Shown here: in pieces, positions 34,501 to 35,163 of the stretch
Position numbering within the stretch: the first letter of the stretch is position 1
Layout of the letters: each line of letters starts with the position of its first letter
Source: Candidatus Nomurabacteria bacterium RIFCSPHIGHO2_02_FULL_38_15
GTDB lineage: Bacteria; Patescibacteriota; Minisyncoccia; Phycocordibacterales; UBA9973
Length of the DNA: 35,163 nt
NCBI GenBank assembly: GCA_001785575.1
Contig: MFUC01000006.1
Location: forward strand, 1-35,163
Reading direction: 5' to 3'
Notes under the pieces: model-generated
What the model was told of the DNA's origin: nothing
Databases searched by the model: none
The model's input: the letters and a program-made list of their open reading frames with translations, nothing else
Position numbers and translations under genes: made by a program

Positions 34501-35163
34501 CTTCTGCACTGGCCGCACAAGGTAGCGCCTCATTCACTGTTGGTCAAGCCGCTGGTTCGGGCACATATACTACCGGTTCCTCTGGTCAAACACTTAACGA
34601 CACAAGTTATTATTGGCGAGTCAAAGCCATAGATAATAGTGACGCTGCTTCAAGCTATGCTACGGCCAATTCTGGAAGTGTTGCATTTATTCTAGAAACT
34701 GTTGTGCCAACTATTACAAACGTCTCCTCTGACAAAACTAACGGTACATATACCACAGGTGAAGTCATTGATATAGATGTTACATTCTCTGAAGCTGTCA
34801 CTTCAACCGGTAATGTGACCGTAACTTTAGAAACTGGCACCACTGACCGAACTTGTACATTTACGGTCTCAGCCAGTACGACCGGTACATGTAACTATAC
34901 TGTCCAAGCCGGGGATACCACTTCTGACTTAACGGTCTCAACCATCTCAGGTACGATTGCTGATGCTGCCGGCAATGCCGTCTCTGACTTTGCCCCAGCT
35001 ACTAATTTAGCCGCTAACAAAGCTTTGGTCATTGACACCACGGCTCCGACTATTACAAACGTCTCTTCTTCTATCCCTTCTTCATCCACAACAACAGCCA
35101 CCATCACGTGGACTACCGACGAAGCCGCATCTTCGATTGTTGAATATGGCGAAACAACAAGCT
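31554..35163 (+). CDS. Giant secreted repeat surface protein (beta-helix-like repeats, FN3-like and Ig-like domains), 3' partial, >=1203 codons
   Basis: It is not in the supplied ORF track. I translated the frame by hand from ATG 31554 to the window end, spot-checking the register at 32040, 33300, 34200, 34620, 34680, 34980 and 35040, and found no stop. The signal peptide is MAKSINKILILSAFLFLFSASHAFA|ANRYWVGGTGNWSDDDNHWS. The body is a Thr/Ser/Gly/Asn-rich repeat region. The C-terminal part has YYWRVKAID (FN3-like), an Ig-like segment (TNGTYTTGEVIDIDVTFSEAV...YTVQAGDTTSDL...IADAAGNA) and TATITWTTDEAASSIVEYG (FN3 start). Confidence 0.85.
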   Translation, partial: MAKSINKILILSAFLFLFSASHAFAANRYWVGGTGNWSDDDNHWSTTDGGAPGDGNVPSGSDNVIFNTNSGSADYTVTVTSGATSLNLTASAPSSGNLTVNVANTFTVNGSFTLYSGLVLSNASTILFSGSGTTKTVTMAGTTYAGRMLFNTSGAKWTLQDTFSITDDIQLTAGTLDTNGQAVTARALFTFGSSTKVLTFGASVITLTGSSGLGNVVDFSGGNLTVNANTSTIKLTDSSTSTKTIGGNGKTFNKIWIATGSTGSTNITGSNTYDEIYIDGNDRIVKFTAGTTQTFTSAGPGITTNGTGITLGSITSATHTLTKPSGTVSISNTTLSYSVAQGGAPWRAYTSNTNVDGGNNSGWFFTPFSISGTANGNNGATVKVAINGTVQAQTGTIASSAWSIASVTEPSVNDIITVWVDGATAGDVSDANESTAVTKYNAGDVTGMVLNTGVLTVGSSQNTSVSTTNMTQYENSDDEDVMHSSTSGALTVDAGGVYSGETLSILASNTLTVASASTETVTTEKITNAGTITSTGSPTYTLTGTSGTLFTNTGTFTADSSTVTMNPDGAVTLTSGSITFYNLTLNPTITSSRVYTFGSSALAINGDFNINPTAGSALSLTVNAGANITVASGKTTTISRANSATSILDMRPSASDYDLSTGLLNVATGGTLDLTSVASETALTLTATSGTLFTLAGTFTITSGTPTVVMSGNGDATINSGAITFYNLTSSGTGTKTLGAAIEAGGALTISAGTFAGSSYTITLSGTGTVFNNTATYSAGTSTIKFTNNSSSAKTFAGGGSTFNNFWYAPGSGTGSLTITGSNTFADFKDDGTAAHSILFTTGTTQTVTTFTVNGTAGNLITINSTDTGTHALVKSGGGTITSDYLSIQHSVATPTSTWLATNSTNNQAVTTAGSGWYFGAFNANPDTPTSLGATAYVNGSLGNDNTPTLTFTLADSDVADTVKFQIQIDDSSDFASAVVDYTSALAAQGSASFTVGQAAGSGTYTTGSSGQTLNDTSYYWRVKAIDNSDAASSYATANSGSVAFILETVVPTITNVSSDKTNGTYTTGEVIDIDVTFSEAVTSTGNVTVTLETGTTDRTCTFTVSASTTGTCNYTVQAGDTTSDLTVSTISGTIADAAGNAVSDFAPATNLAANKALVIDTTAPTITNVSSSIPSSSTTTATITWTTDEAASSIVEYGETTS
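32297..32649 (+). repeat. Intragenic ~118-aa module, copy 1 (GKTFNKIW...GNNSGWFF)
   Basis: It aligns by eye with 33951-34310. Shared landmarks are TFNxxW, (N/T)ITGSNT(Y/F), FT(A/T)GTTQT(F/V)T, a conserved His plus a KxxGT motif (THTLTKPSGT vs THALVKSGGGT) and a terminal SGW(F/Y)F. Confidence 0.7.
33168..33305 (+). repeat. Intragenic ~46-aa module, copy 1 (TYTLTGTSGTLFTNTGTFT...SGSITFYNLT)
   Basis: It aligns with 33597-33740. The 17-nt string acattttataatttaac is identical at 33288-33304 and 33723-33739. Confidence 0.7.
33597..33740 (+). repeat. Intragenic ~46-aa module, copy 2 (ALTLTATSGTLFTLAGTFT...SGAITFYNLT)
   Basis: See 33168-33305. Confidence 0.7.
33951..34310 (+). repeat. Intragenic ~118-aa module, copy 2 (GSTFNNFW...TAGSGWYF)
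   Basis: See 32297-32649. Confidence 0.7.

Noticed and set aside
32060-35107. Seven minus-strand ORFs of 62-133 aa listed in the ORF track (32060-32368, 32507-32908, 32966-33289, 33521-33724, 33728-34024, 34655-34843, 34895-35107).
   Set aside because: They are Pro/Val/Ala-rich with no motifs. They tile the antisense strand of one continuous + frame that has a signal peptide and recognisable domains. They are shadow ORFs of a low-complexity Thr/Ser/Gly/Asn-rich gene.

Overview
AT-rich, tightly packed bacterial chromosomal segment using the standard genetic code (stops are mostly TAA). The gene content suggests a Candidate Phyla Radiation / Patescibacteria-type genome, but this is inference only. 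Supporting signs are an IF-2 with almost no N-terminal region, a short S1, few Shine-Dalgarno sites and an orphan solute-binding protein followed by five small two-TM VirB2/TrbC-like pilin genes. A free-standing LAGLIDADG endonuclease and a giant repeat surface protein fit the same picture.

Housekeeping genes recognised by motif: secA (3' end), dnaE, rnhB, fmt, def, hisS, lepB, pth, rpsA, gyrA, infB, rbfA, a class-V cysteine desulfurase, clpB and rpmG. There are six tRNA genes: Lys-CTT, Leu-TAG, Cys-GCA, Leu-TAA, Tyr-GTA and Trp-CCA.

Accessory or unusual content:
- A >=1203-codon secreted repeat protein (31554 to the window end) that is absent from the supplied ORF track, probably because it has no stop in the window. 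Only its antisense shadow ORFs are listed there.
- A solute-binding protein plus five tandem pilin paralogues (16254-19633).
- A pair of membrane proteins that look SPFH-like and NfeD-like, each with its own promoter and terminator (19689-22036).
- A LAGLIDADG homing endonuclease embedded in a tRNA cluster.
- Two Bro-N-domain paralogues, one truncated and one apparently internally deleted.
- A two-gene cassette with a 45-bp in-frame tandem duplication.
- A two-copy GC-rich hairpin element.

Many genes have a -10 box, often the extended TGn form, only 6-7 nt upstream of the ATG. This suggests widespread leaderless mRNAs. No rRNA, CRISPR array or transposase was seen.

All promoter, hairpin and tRNA coordinates were derived by hand counting and could be off by a base or two. 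All homology statements are motif recognition from memory, not database searches.
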